The notes below the pieces were generated by a model that searched no databases, was not told the DNA's origin, and was given only the letters and a program-made list of their open reading frames with translations. 64,000 nt of DNA from Octopus sinensis. Its lineage: Eukaryota. Below are positions 51,555 to 63,692 of this stretch, piece after piece; position 1 is the stretch's first letter, and each line of letters begins with the position of its first letter. The translations under genes were made by a program, and so were the position numbers. The stretch is taken from NCBI RefSeq assembly GCF_006345805.1, contig NW_021836306.1:3243-67242 (forward strand), in the 5' to 3' direction.

Positions 51555-53229
51555 CTCTTCAACAAAATAATAAATGAATCCTTTAAGTCTGTAACATTAT
51601 CCATTGTTTCAATAGTTTTCTCTTCTCCCAGAACAATATAAATTTATTTCCTTCTTTCACTTTTTATTGTTCATTTATTTCAAATGTTTTACAGCTATTT
51701 TCTCATCAACTCTGATTTTCATCCAAATTTAATTACAAGTAAGCAAATTCATCTTGTACATACTGCAGACTGTAGAGTAGGGAAACGCTGCCATTAATCT
51801 CCGTTCAGAAGAAATATTTCACAGAGTTTATATATTTGTCGCATGTAACGTTTTTCTTTGGTCTTTAAAAGATAACAGATGTTGATGATGAATCTTATGA
51901 AAGCAATTCTTTGATGTCACAGTTGTCTGATATTCTGAAATAAGAGAGAAACAACAGCATAAGATACAAGAGGATATTTTAATAGCAGACATGCAACAGT
52001 GCAACTCTTACTACATGTCTACAGAGAGAAATTCTAGAAGTAAACAACTGAACTTTTCTTTTCAATTTCTTATTAAACTGTCCTTACTTTCGAAGTGTGG
52101 AGTAATGAAGAAGGGACAACTGAAGAAGGGGAATATTCCATGCGTTGTATGTCTCGTTTCTCTGGGGGTTTTTTCTGTTGTTTACAAAAAAAGATCGTTT
52201 CTATATTTTTGTTTTTATGTTTTTGTTTCTCATTGTGTTCAACATTTTTTTGATATCCTGTATCCATATATGCATGTATATAAACATATAGATGTAGGTA
52301 TGTACATATATGTATGTATATATGCATATATATGTAGGTATGCACATATATGTATGTATATATGTATGTATATATGCATGTATGTATGTATATATACACC
52401 CCTCTGTTCCTTAGTCTCTCATCCCATCTATGCTTTGATCCCTGCTCCTTGCATGTATACCCTGGTCCTTCGTTGCCTTCTCTCTCCTACTCTCTTGTTG
52501 TCCCCTAATCTCCCTCTTTTGCTCTTTCCTTGACTGGCTATGTACCTCTTCTACAGTTTCTGCCCTCATTCTTAATCTCTCTCTCCATTCTTCTCTTGCT
52601 CTTATCTCTGGAGATAAGGAGAAGAGGCTTGAATCCCCTACTCCAATATGGGTCTCACCAGCGTGACATAGAGCGGTAGGAATATGGCCAGGTAACCATG
52701 TATCTATCTTCTTTACAATTGCTCCTGGCGTCTTTCATGTTAACTCTCTCTCTCTCCCTCAGGATAACCGCACCTCGTCTTCAGCAACGTACCTGTTCCT
52801 GCCCTCTTTCTTGAGCAGCCTCTCTCTTTCTCTTGATCTTCTTTCCGGCTAGATAACCAGGCATCCCCTCTTTCTTGTTAAACTCTCTCTTCCTGTCTGG
52901 CTCACAAGTCCAGAAAAAGGGACCGATAGATGGGGAGGGTATTGGGAATGAAGTCGAAACAAATAACATGTTGAGAACGAATGTATGCGTGCACAGACAC
53001 ACATATAGAGACAGGGAAAACGAACTGTGGGATGCGGTGGCAGAGATGGGCTTCATTGCAAACTAAACCGGAAGTTCTCTTACAGGGACATGACAAAAAT
53101 AATTATACTGATTTTACAATAAAAATTAAGGAAGCCACTTTACTCTTGTAGTGGATGTGTGGATGTATTAATAAATACATAAGTTGTTTTGTAATAAATT
53201 AAAGATTTATTTTCACTACATCAATTTGT

Positions 53230-53410
53230 AAGCAATGCTGTCTTTGAGATGTCTGCAGGTTCGACTGGGATTTGGTTGTATGCTCGCACCAGGTCGATTT
53301 TTGAAAAGATGCGAGATCCATGCAGCGAGCTCGAAAAGTCCTGAAGAAAAGGCACCGGATAGGCATCACTGATAGTGCTTTTATTCAGTGATCGATAATC
53401 GCCGCAAACC
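53230..53410 (-). mobile_element. Ty3/gypsy reverse transcriptase fragment
   Basis: CGDYRSLNKSTISDAYPVP...FSKIDLVRAYNQIPV...KTA. Confidence 0.9.
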
Positions 53411-53411
53411 C

Positions 53412-54387
53412 GCGACTTGCGTATGCAAATGAGCTGATTGGCAAAACAATTAGAAGCTTTGAAAAAAAAGCAAAACAACCTTAAGGACAGTCAAACCCTT
53501 TTTTTTTTCAAAGTAGACCACTACAGGCGACAATTCACTTGGGTTTCCTTTGAATAGCTACAGCAAACTGCAGCATGAAAATTGAAAAAAAAGGTTTTAA
53601 AAAATTGGCTTAACCCCTCCCCAACCAGGTAATTTTACTGTAGGCTTCAACAGGGAAATCGGTTCCTGGTGACAAGCCAACAACAAGGTGGGGTCAGAAT
53701 TTAGTTGCCTCGTATGAAATGGTTCCCTGCGTTAACTTATGAGGCTCCTGTCAACGACCAACTCTCTTCAATGTAAACTTATAGTAACCAAAGGGTTACT
53801 TTACGTCTGGTTAAAAGTAAACTCCTTTGATCAGGTCTGCACGACCAGGGCAGTCTTGGGACTGGGAACTGTTCAGCTGAAGTTAAAGACGAGAGTTCAG
53901 TTGGGTCTTTGGAGAAACTGAAAACAAGGAGCAAACACAGACCTTGTACAACTTCGGTCAAGAGATATCTTCCACTCAGCTGTTAGAAATAGCAGCCGAG
54001 TTTTGTTTTAAAGTCAAACTGAACAATGCAGTATTGGATTTACAACAAAGCGGGATGGCCACGACCAGAATGTCTAATAATTTAGGGTTGGTCAGGGGTT
54101 AAATTCCAGTTGAAAGAGAACGAGCATAGCTGAATGGTTAACGAAGTTTGCCGTAGCTATTCAAAGGAAACACAAGTGAATTGTCGCCTGTAGGGGTCTA
54201 CTTTGAAAAAAGAAATGTTTTTCAATGCTTCTAATTGTTTTGTAACGAAAAAAAAAAACGCAATTGTCTTTAAAATAATATACACCGTATATCGTTGGAA
54301 AATATTTCCTAAGCTCCAGTAGGGGCTCGCTATTAACTTAGTTTTTGCAGTGTTGCGCCAATCAGCTCATTTGCATACGCAGGTCGC
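53412..54387. mobile_element. Foldback-like element (about 980 bp) with long imperfect TIRs
   Basis: GCGACTTGCGTATGCAAATGAGCTGATTGGC mirrored at 54357-54387; second arm block 53505-53575 mirrored at 54140-54215; no TSD seen. Confidence 0.75.
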
Positions 54388-54582
54388 TGTAGGACCGACT
54401 ACCTACGACGGGCTAGCGCGGATGCGCATCTGCGCGCACCGTGTCCAGTCTACGCGACTAGTACCAAGAAACATTCGGTAAATAATAATAAAGTATTGGT
54501 TTCTCAACATTTCAGCGGTTGGGGTGTATTTGAGAATATTTCTCAAAACACAACAAACACGGCAACGATGGAGGATGTGGCT

Positions 54583-54890
54583 TCCATAGCTAGAAATAGC
54601 AGCCAAATCTCGCATAAATAATAGACATCTCTCATCCATAGCTAGAAATAGCAGCCAGATATCGCACTAATCATAGACATTTCTCTTCCATAGCTAGAAA
54701 TAGCAGCCAAATCTCGCACAAATTATGGACATCTCATCCATTGCTAGAAATAGCAGCCAAATCTGGCACGGAACATAGTGATTTCTCTTCCATAACTAGA
54801 AACAGCAACCAGATCTCGCTTAAATCATAGATAACTCTCTTCCATAGCTAGAAATAGCAGCCAAATCTTGTACAATTCATAGACATCTCT
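54583..54890. repeat. 52-bp minisatellite x6 (CTAGAAATAGCAGCCAAATCT family)
   Basis: CTAGAAA at 54590, 54642, 54694, 54744, 54796, 54848. Confidence 0.92.
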
Positions 54891-55299
54891 GATACATAAA
54901 AAATTGGAGAAACACAACCAATCGAAAAGTCAAATACTGAACGTCTACTGATGAAATACTCACGGAAAAGTTTCATAAAGGATAACGTTGTTATAAGTGC
55001 ATTTGTAATAGATGAGAAATGTATTAAAAGTTAAGGAATAGAAATTCATTCAACCAACAATTCAATTAATGTCAAGATGGAAATGGAAATATATCTCGTG
55101 CGTGGGTTTTACAGAAACCACGGTAGCTGACTCTTGTTACCATCTTTCTGTTCCTGGGGACCTCAACTTTGGCCGATAATTTGTTGGAAGGCATGCGAAA
55201 AACGTCAGACGTCTAAAATATTCTAAAAACTTCTTGGTATTATTTGAATGAACTGTCTGTGTCCCTCAGTAGATTGTCCTGTAGGGACTTCCAGTTGTC

Positions 55300-56120
55300 C
55301 AATATGCTATACATCTCTATTTTAAATGCTTCAAATAGAATTTTACAAAATTTCTTACTGTTTTTGTTGAGTGTTTGAATTTATATATTGTCGTTTTCTG
55401 GAATGACCTATTTCTCGGAAACCTTCTAGCTCTAAGTTTCAAATCACAAACCACTAACCTATGTTGAGTTGTACATTCATCACCATGGAAAGACTTCACA
55501 TTCACAAGTATCTCATTTTCAAGTAAGAATGAAGTCAATCCAGTAAGAATCAAGTCATATCAATCAAGGCCATCTCCTTGAAGAAATTAGTGACTTGTCT
55601 GCTTTCCTACATGCTAGGTCTATGGGTTTTGCTAAATTAAGTCTAAGGCCCTCCAATTGCAGACGCTGCATCCACACCTTATATTCATTCTCTAACTCTT
55701 GTAGAAATTCCGCTATAAGAACAAGGTTATCATCATAGTGGAGCTCTCAAGGGCATCCAGTCTTAAATTCCTCTGCTATGGCTAGAAGGTCTATGATAAA
55801 TAAGAGGGGAGTGAGAATTGATCCTTCGGGAACTCCTACTTGCTTACTAAATCCATTGCTACACACATTACCAACTTTCATCTTACTGACAGCATCCCTG
55901 TACACAGTTTGTATGGCTCACACCAACAACTCTATCCCTAGCTTCTGCATTAACCACTGAATAAGGAAGTGGGGGAACCTGTCAAAGGCTTTCTCAATGT
56001 CAAGTATAGAGGTTTAATTTTTACTAAATCCTTCTCAGTACTCGTCTTACAAAGAAGAAAACATCAGTAGTGCTTCTACATAACACAAAGCCAAACTGCA
56101 TCTGTTTCTCTCTCTTCCTA
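55300..56120 (-). mobile_element. Highly decayed RTE LINE fragments
   Basis: VGVPEGSILTPLLFII...ELHYDDNLVLIAE (RT) and ECTTQHRLVVCDL (endonuclease end). Confidence 0.75.
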
Positions 56121-56735
56121 ATTAGCTGAGCTATGAGCCTCACAAAAAGAGGGGGGCGTCAAGAACGGTCAGAATCTCATACAAAAAATTTCATTCCTCA
56201 ATTTTAGTAAGGTAATTGTAGTCTAGACCCTCAAACACTTATCTCTGCAAAATTTAATTTAAACAACGATAAGTAGGTTATGAGTAGACAGTCTGTTGTG
56301 GGGCACTAAACTATTGTTATGAGGAATATTCTTCTCTTGTGGTTTCTTCCATTTTGTACAGGAGGTCATTGTTTATGTATATATTTGACAACTTTACTGC
56401 ATCCGTGTGTTTGAAAAAGCCATGACTTGTGCTACCATTAACATATTTGAGAAGCATCTAAAAGCTAATAAAAAACAAATAAATATATATAGTAAATTGG
56501 GGAAGTGGTATTCAACAAAGAACAATGTGTAGGGTTGAAGGAGGAGAAGTTTCAGTATAGGGGTCCCTACATCATGGGAAATGAAAAGAGCATGGAAGTG
56601 AGGCTTGTGTGAAAAGGTATGAAAGACAAAATTAAAAAACTGGAATTTTGGGAAATTCTTTATTTTCAGAATTGTAATTTCCATTACATGAAAAACAGGA
56701 ATATTAAGAAAAAGAACCGAAGAAACAATTAGAAA

Positions 56736-59478
56736 TTAGTCTTTTCCTTTCTCTTCTCTCTGAATACATTTGTGTGCAGTTAAATTACTACATTTAGTGA
56801 ATGATTTACCACAGACATTACAATAATATGGCTTCTCTCCTGTATGAGTACGTTTGTGTGAAGTTACGCTATAACTTTGAGAGAATGATTTACCACAGAT
56901 ATCACAGTGATATGGTCTCTCTCCTGAATGAAGACGTCTGTGTTTAGTTAAGCCACTATTTTGTGAGAATGATTTACCACAGATATCACAGTGATATGGT
57001 CTCTCTCCTGAATGAAGACGTCTGTGTTTAGTTAAGTCACTATTTTGTGAGAATGATTTACCACAGATATCACAGTGATATGGTCTCTCTCCTGAATGAA
57101 GACGTCTGTGTTTAGTTAAGCCACTATTTTGTGAGAATGATTTACCACAGATATCACAGTGATATGGTCTCTCTCCTGAATGAAGACGTCTGTGTTTAGT
57201 TAAGCCACTATTTTGTGAGAATGATTTACACAGATATCACAGTGATATGGTCTCTCTCCTGAATGAAGACGTCTGTGTTTAGTTAAGCCACTATTTTGTG
57301 AGAATGATTTACCACAGATATCACAGTGATATGGTCTCTCTCCTGAATGAAGACGTCTGTGTTTAGTTAAGCCACTATTTTGTGAGAATGATTTACCACA
57401 GATATCACAGTGATATGGTCTCTCTCCTGAATGAAGACGTCTGTGTTTAGTTAAGTTACTATTTTGTGAGAATGATTACCACAGATATCACAGTGATATG
57501 GTCTCTCTACTGAATGAAGACGTCTGTGTTTAGTTAAGTCACTATTTTGTGAGAATGATTTACCACAGATATCACAGTGATATGGTCTCTCTCCTGAATG
57601 AAGACGTCTGTGTTTAGTTAAGCCACTATTTTGTGAGAATGATTTACCACAGATATCACAGTGATATGGTCTCTCTCCTGAATGAAGACGTCTGTGTTTA
57701 GTTAAGCCACTATTTTGTGAGAATGATTTACCACAGATATCACAGTGATATGGTCTCTCTCCTGAATGAAGACGTCTGTGTTTAGTTAAGCCACTATTTT
57801 GTGAGAATGATTTACCACAGATATCACAGTGATATGGTCTCTCTACTGAATGAAGACGTCTGTGTTTAGTTAAGTCACTATTTTGTGAGAATGATTTACA
57901 ACAGATATCACAGTGATACGGTCTTTCGCCTGAGTGAAAACGTTTGTGTTTAGTTAAGCCACTATTATCAGGGAATGATATACCACAGATATCACAATGA
58001 TAAGGTTTCTCTCCTGTATGAATACGTTTATGTCTAGTTACGTCATTATTGCGGATGAAAGATTTACCACAGATATCACAATGATATGGCTTCTCTCCTG
58101 TATGAATACGTTTGTGTTTAGTTAATTTACCATTTTCAAAGAAAGATTTACCACAGATATCACAATGATATGGCTTCTCTCCTGTATGAATATGCCTGTG
58201 TGCAGTTAATTTACCATTTTCAAAGAAAGATTTACCACAGATATCACAGTGATATGGCTTCTCCCCAGTAGGAATACGAATGTGCTTATTTAAGTCAGAA
58301 TTTTGAGAAAATGATTTGTCACAGACATTACAGTGATATGGCTTCTCTCCTGTATGAATACATTTGTGTTTAGTTACGTTATGATTGCGGATGAAAGATT
58401 TACCACAGATATCACAGTGATATGGTTTCTCTCCTGTATGAATACGTATGTGTATTGTTAGGGCAGTACTTCCAGAGAAAGATTTACCACAGATATCACA
58501 GTGATATGGCTTTTCCCCTGTATGAATACGTTTATGTCTAGTTACGTCATGCTTGCGGATGAAAGATTTACCACAGATATCACAGTGATATGGCTTTTCC
58601 CCTGTATGGATACGTATGTGTATTGTTAGGGCAGTACTTCCAGAGAAAGATTTACCACAGATATCACAGTGATATGGCTTTCCCCCTGTATGGATACGTT
58701 TATGTCTAGTTACGTCATTATTACGGATGAAAGATTTACCACAGATATCACAGTCATATGGCTTCTCCCCAGTATGAATACGTAAGTGTATTGTTAGGGC
58801 AGAACTTCCAGAGAATGATTTACCACAGATATCACTGTGATATGGCTTCTCCTCAGTATGAATACGTAAGTGTATTGTTAGGGCAGTACTTCCAGAGAAA
58901 GATTTACCACAGATATCACTGTGATATGGCTTCTCCTCAGTATGAATACGTAAGTGTATTGTTAGGGCAGAACTTCCAGAGAATGATTTACCACAGATAT
59001 CACTGTGATATGGCTTCTCCTCAGTATGAATACGTAAGTGTATTGTTAGGGCAGTACTTCCAGAGAAAGATTTACCACAGATATCACTGTGATATGGCTT
59101 CTCCTCAGTATGAATACGTAAGTGTATTGTTAGGGCAGTACTTCCAGAGAATGATTTACCACAGATATCACTGTGATATGGCTTCTCCTCAGTATGAATA
59201 CGTAAGTGTATTGTTAGGGCAGAACTTCCAGAGAATGATTTACCACAGATATCACAGTGATATCGCTTTTCCCCTGTATGAATACGTTTATGTCTAGTTA
59301 CGTCATGCTTGCGGATGAAAGATTTACCACAGATATCACAGTGATATGGCTTTTCCCCTGTATGGATACGTTTGTGAGTAATTAATTGACTATTTGCAGA
59401 GAATGATTGACCACAGACATCACAGTGATACGGTCTTTCTCCTCTATCTATTTCTATAATTTTCTCACTCTTTTCCAT
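56736..59478 (-). CDS. C2H2 zinc-finger protein ZNF-E, about 914 aa and 32 fingers if two 1-nt deletions (near 57477 and 57230) are corrected
   Basis: ATG 59478; 680-aa ORF ends at the first deletion; 84-bp units continue with two 83-bp spacings to TAA at 56736-56738; acceptor TTTATTAGTTCAG near 59820. Confidence 0.88.
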
Positions 59479-60074
59479 TATTATTTCTCTCAAATCACAA
59501 TGTAAATATACTTTTCTTGTTTTTCTTCTTATCGTTTAATCTCACAAATACTTCCACTCCTGATTTTCTCTCCATTGTTTCCCTGCTCTAATAACATTTA
59601 TGTAAATGTATCCAAGCACACAAACTCATCTTCTCGGCACTGCAGACAGTGATGTGCAAAACTTTTGCTAATCACATCAGATTAGAACAAATATTTCACA
59701 GAAATTCACAGCATATATATAGAAAGTGTTATAGAATTTGTATAGAATTTTCTTTCAGTTTCAAAAGATGATAAATACTGAGAATAGATCTTCTGTTATT
59801 CCAATGTCATCCGATATTCTGAACTAATAAAGAAACAACAGTGTAAGATAAAGAAGCTGCTTTCAAAATACAGATTCAACAGTGGAAAATTGACAACATT
59901 TCTACAGAGATAAACTTTAGAAATAAGCATTTACCCGAACAACTGAACTTTTTAATGTATTAAAATTTACATCCCAGAATCTTGTGTGTAGCTTACATAT
60001 TTGTAAACCACAGCTACACCTTCACATTGTGTAAGATTATTTGGATTAAACTGCAGAAGAGCAGGTAATAACAT

Positions 60075-60322
60075 CCATAGCTAGAAATAGCAGCCGAATC
60101 TCGCACAAAACAAAGACATCTCTCTTACATTGCTAGAAATAGCAGCCAAATCTCGCACAAAACAAAGACATCTCTCTTACATTGCTAGAAATAGCAGCCA
60201 AATCTCGGACAAATCATAAACATCTCTCTTCCATTGCTAGAAATAGCAGCCAAATCTCGCACAAAACAAAGACATCTCTCTTTACATTTCTAGAAATAGC
60301 AGCCAAATCTCGCACAAATCAT
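60075..60322. repeat. 52-bp minisatellite x5, same family as 54583
   Basis: CTAGAAA at 60081, 60133, 60185, 60237, 60290. Confidence 0.92.
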
Positions 60323-60327
60323 GGATA

Positions 60328-60526
60328 GGTACTACTTAAGAAGAGTGGTCCCGGTGCAGGCACTCGCGCTAGCTAGTCGTGACTAGTCGATCCTTACTTT
60401 GTGTTTTATTTCCTTTGTTTAAAAAAAAATTATTTATTTACTTTGCTATGTAGTCGTAGGATCGACTAGTCACGTGTAGCTAGCGTGGATGCGCGCGCAC
60501 CGGGACCCCTGTTCGCTAGTAGTACC
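60328..60526. repeat. GC-rich imperfect inverted repeat (about 200 bp) with an AT-rich spacer
   Basis: GGTACTACT..GGTCCCGGTGC..CGTGACTAGTCGATCCT mirrored; candidate minus-strand donor AAA|GTAAGG near 60388. Confidence 0.75.
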
Positions 60527-61071
60527 GACTATACACTGAATTTTATGGAATTCATAAAAGACATTTCTGAAGTGGTGAATTAAGCAGTATAATACTGTCT
60601 AATGGATTTTCTCTTAAACTGTGATTGCGCCTGCAAGCCGGACGTTTTCACATCATTCCTTCGGACGTTCCTTTCCTCGGTGTCAGGAACGTCCAGTCGT
60701 TGTAGCACTCGGATGAATTTCGTATTCGTCCCACAGACGCAAGGAATTCCATAATCGATGTCATGCTATTTGTTATGACTCGAATCTCACTAAGAATATA
60801 GTTTCTTTGTGTCAAGTCACGAACAGCAATGACCGAATCAACTATCTGACACCGATTTCCCATTCGGAAATCTAATGCAGAAATAATTCTAGAAATAGCA
60901 GCCAAGGATCTTTTCCTTTTGAACGGCACTTTGTAACATAATTTCTAGGTAACTAAACACTTTTAAACTTCGTATACTGGTAGAATGTGTTTATAAAACA
61001 TCATTTTCTCTTGGCTTTATTGAGAAAATTCTATAGTTTGTAAGATATTTCGTATGAAATTTCGAGCATTT

Positions 61072-61320
61072 CGGCAAATCTCGAACAGATCGTGAACGTC
61101 TCTCATCCGCAGCTAGAAATAGCAGCCAAATCTCGAACAGATCGTGAACATCTCTCATCCGCAGCTAGAAATAGCAGCCAAATCTCGAACAGATCGTGAA
61201 CGTCTCTCATCCGCAGCTAGAAATAGCAGCCAAATCTCGAACAGATCGTGAACGTCTCTCATCCGCAGCTAGAAATAGCAGCCAAATCCCGCACAAATCA
61301 AAGATGTCTCTCTTCCCTAA
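61072..61320. repeat. 52-bp minisatellite x4-5, same family
   Basis: CTAGAAA at 61113, 61165, 61217, 61269. Confidence 0.92.
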
Positions 61321-61539
61321 AACACAGAAGCGACACGATCGTCTACAGATTTAAAAACATTGAATTTAAAAACATTGAATATTTTCCGAGTTTAATACTT
61401 AGGGAAATCTTCTTCTTTATAAAGGATGAAGTTGTTGTAAGTGTGTGTGTGGTGGTTGAGCCATGTTATTATAAATGTGTAATTGTAAATATTACAAAAT
61501 ATTGATGACAAGAACACTTTTCAGCTGATGACGGAAACG

Positions 61540-61665
61540 GAAGTATGATTGTGCGCATGCGGTATTTCGTCTGTCTGTTTTGAGTTCAAATCCCGCCAAG
61601 GACGACTTTTCCTTTCATCCTTTCGGAGTCGATACATTAAATACAAGTTGTGTACGGTGGTCGAT
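61540..61665 (+). mobile_element. Meta-type SINE fragment
   Basis: GAGTTCAAATCCC...CTTTCATCCTTTCGGAGTCGATA. Confidence 0.7.
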
Positions 61666-61840
61666 CTAAAAAAATTTCGGGCCTTGTGCCTAGAGAAGAA
61701 AAGAAGGAAAGACTTCCCCCCGTATCTACCTCCATTTTCTCCCATTTTTTTTCCTTATTTTTTTGCCAAAAACCCCCGTTTTCGGATAAGGAAATTCTGG
61801 AAAATTGCCAATAATTGGCATTCTTAAATTTATATATTGT

Positions 61841-62330
61841 ACTAGCAGTATCGCCCGGCGTTGCTCGGGTTTGTAAGGGAAATAACTATATAAGCATTTT
61901 TAGATGCCAATTCGGGCTTTCTTAGCCATTTTTGTTTTGGTGTCTTCAAGCGATGAAGTCGTTGTTCTAAAAGAACGCTGGTCTCCTTCACAACGCATTA
62001 CGACGTTGATTTCTTTACACTCCCTTCCCCACAGCTTCACGAGGGAGGGAAGGGGGAGAAGCAAACAGGTGCAGCTGTGAGCGTGGACGCCAACTCCGCC
62101 GCCATCGACACACGATGCATTTTATGCATTAAAATGGAATAAAAAATGATGTTAAATTATTTTTAAAATCGTAGACTCATCGTTGACGCGCGCTAATAGT
62201 CAGACGGGCTCGATATGAATCACGACTATAAGATACCCGAATTTGGTTAAACTGCACCGCAAAATGTAGGAGGAGTTAGGAATCTAAATCGAAGGGGACA
62301 GACACTCACACAACTAGAGTTTTATATAGA
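61841..62330 (+). mobile_element. Non-autonomous Helitron-like repeat, copy 1
   Basis: 5' ACTAGCAGTATCGCCCGGCGTTGCTC and 3' GACAGACA...TTTTATATAGAT, resembling Lep1/HINE-type ends; no TSD. Confidence 0.6.
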
Positions 62331-62517
62331 TATATATATTATATATTGTATATATATATATATAATGATGCATCAGTACTGTTTTATATGTATGTGTGTG
62401 TATGTATGTATGTATGTATGTATGTATGTATGTATGTATGTATGTATGTATGTATGTATAGGTTCGTTTATAGAAATACATAAACCCGAAGGAGAACCGC
62501 GCTCTAAGTTAATATTA

Positions 62518-62714
62518 TAGTGGGGTAGGCTGGTTTATAAGGTTACCCTGGGTTTCTCGCTCATAAGGGTTTTAACCTCACGGCGTATCTTCAGACCCCA
62601 AACACAGCTGGCCTGAGACCTCTTTAAGTTATTCTGGGGCCTGAAGATACGCTGTGAGGCTGAGCCCTTTATGAGCGAGAAAAGCGAGTGTACCCCATAA
62701 AACGGCCAGTCCCA

Positions 62715-62717
<3 letters not shown>
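62518..62717. mobile_element. 200-bp foldback MITE
   Basis: TAGTGGG...CCCACTA ends with nested arms TCTCGCTCATAAGGG and CCTCACGGCGTATCTTCAG. Confidence 0.8.
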
Positions 62718-62755
<38 letters not shown>

Positions 62756-62756
<1 letters not shown>

Positions 62757-63140
62757 CTAGCAGTATCGCCCGGCGTTGCTCAGCTTTGTAAGGGAAATAA
62801 CTATAAAGCATTTTTAGAGAGTTATAGCCAAAAAATAGCAAAAAAAATGGGAAAAAAATTATGGTAAATTTTTTTTTGAGAGTTAAAAAAGGTCGAGTTG
62901 TGTCCCCTAGACAGTCTGTGGTTTGTGTTTCTGATTCTCGACCCCATGTCGAATTTATCGATTTTTTTCAGAACTGGGGAAACTTTTTAAAATTTTCGCT
63001 GCGTTAGTTTTGAATTATTACATTGGGCTATGTGTGTGTCAAGTTTCATCAGAATCGGTTGAAAGCAGTGGTCAGGGAGAGGGTACAACCAAACAGACAC
63101 ACAGAAACACACACAGACAAACTGCCGTTTATATAGAGAG
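62756..63140 (+). mobile_element. Non-autonomous Helitron-like repeat, copy 2 (different body)
   Basis: Same first about 55 nt as 61841; ends CACAGACAAACTGCCGTTTATATAGAGAGAGAT. Confidence 0.6.
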
Positions 63141-63281
63141 AGATATATATATAAATATATATATACATACATATATATATATATATTATATATATATATA
63201 TATATATATCTATATATATATATATATACACATACAGACAGACAGACAGACATAAATATGTACGTATATATATACATACAT

Positions 63282-63450
63282 AGGCGCAGGAGTGGCTGTG
63301 TGGTAAGTAGCTTGTTTACGAACCACATGGTTCCGGGTTCAGTCCCACTGCGTGGCACCTTCGGCAAGTGTCTTCTACTATAGTTCGGGCCGACCAAAGC
63401 CTTGTGAGTGGATTTGGTAGACGGAAACTGAAAGAAGCCCGTCGTATACA
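63282..63450 (+). mobile_element. CORE-type SINE 5' half
   Basis: AGGCGCAGGAGTGGCTGTGTGGTAAG...GAAAGAAGCCCGTCG. Confidence 0.9.
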
Positions 63451-63539
63451 AACACACACACGCATATATATATATATATATATATATATACGCATATGTA
63501 TACTACCCACATCATACCCCGTGTAAGGGAAGGAGTGAG

Positions 63540-63692
63540 AGTGGAAGTGGGAGTGAGAATAGAAGTGGAAGTGGGAGGGGAAAGCGCGTGTTAAGTGTCA
63601 CGTGACTTTCAGAGCAGACGACATCTTCTCAAAACTTGCAAAGATTTTCAAATGGCGACCGAGGAAAGAGGCAACAAATAATTAAGGTAAGC
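63540..63692 (+). promoter_or_regulatory. Candidate promoter and first exon of a gene that continues beyond the window
   Basis: GGAAGT repeats, GTCACGTGAC (63597-63606), AAATGGCG (ATG 63652), donor AAG|GTAAGC at 63687. Confidence 0.6.

Noticed and set aside
52781-53056. 91-aa ORF, possible LINE C-terminal remnant
   Set aside because: No diagnostic motif I can identify
58758-59297. Antisense repetitive ORFs (also 50006-50500)
   Set aside because: Shadow frames of the zinc-finger arrays
60648-60929. 93-aa minus-strand ORF in a CpG-rich block upstream of ZNF-E
   Set aside because: No recognisable motif; more likely promoter/UTR or repeat sequence
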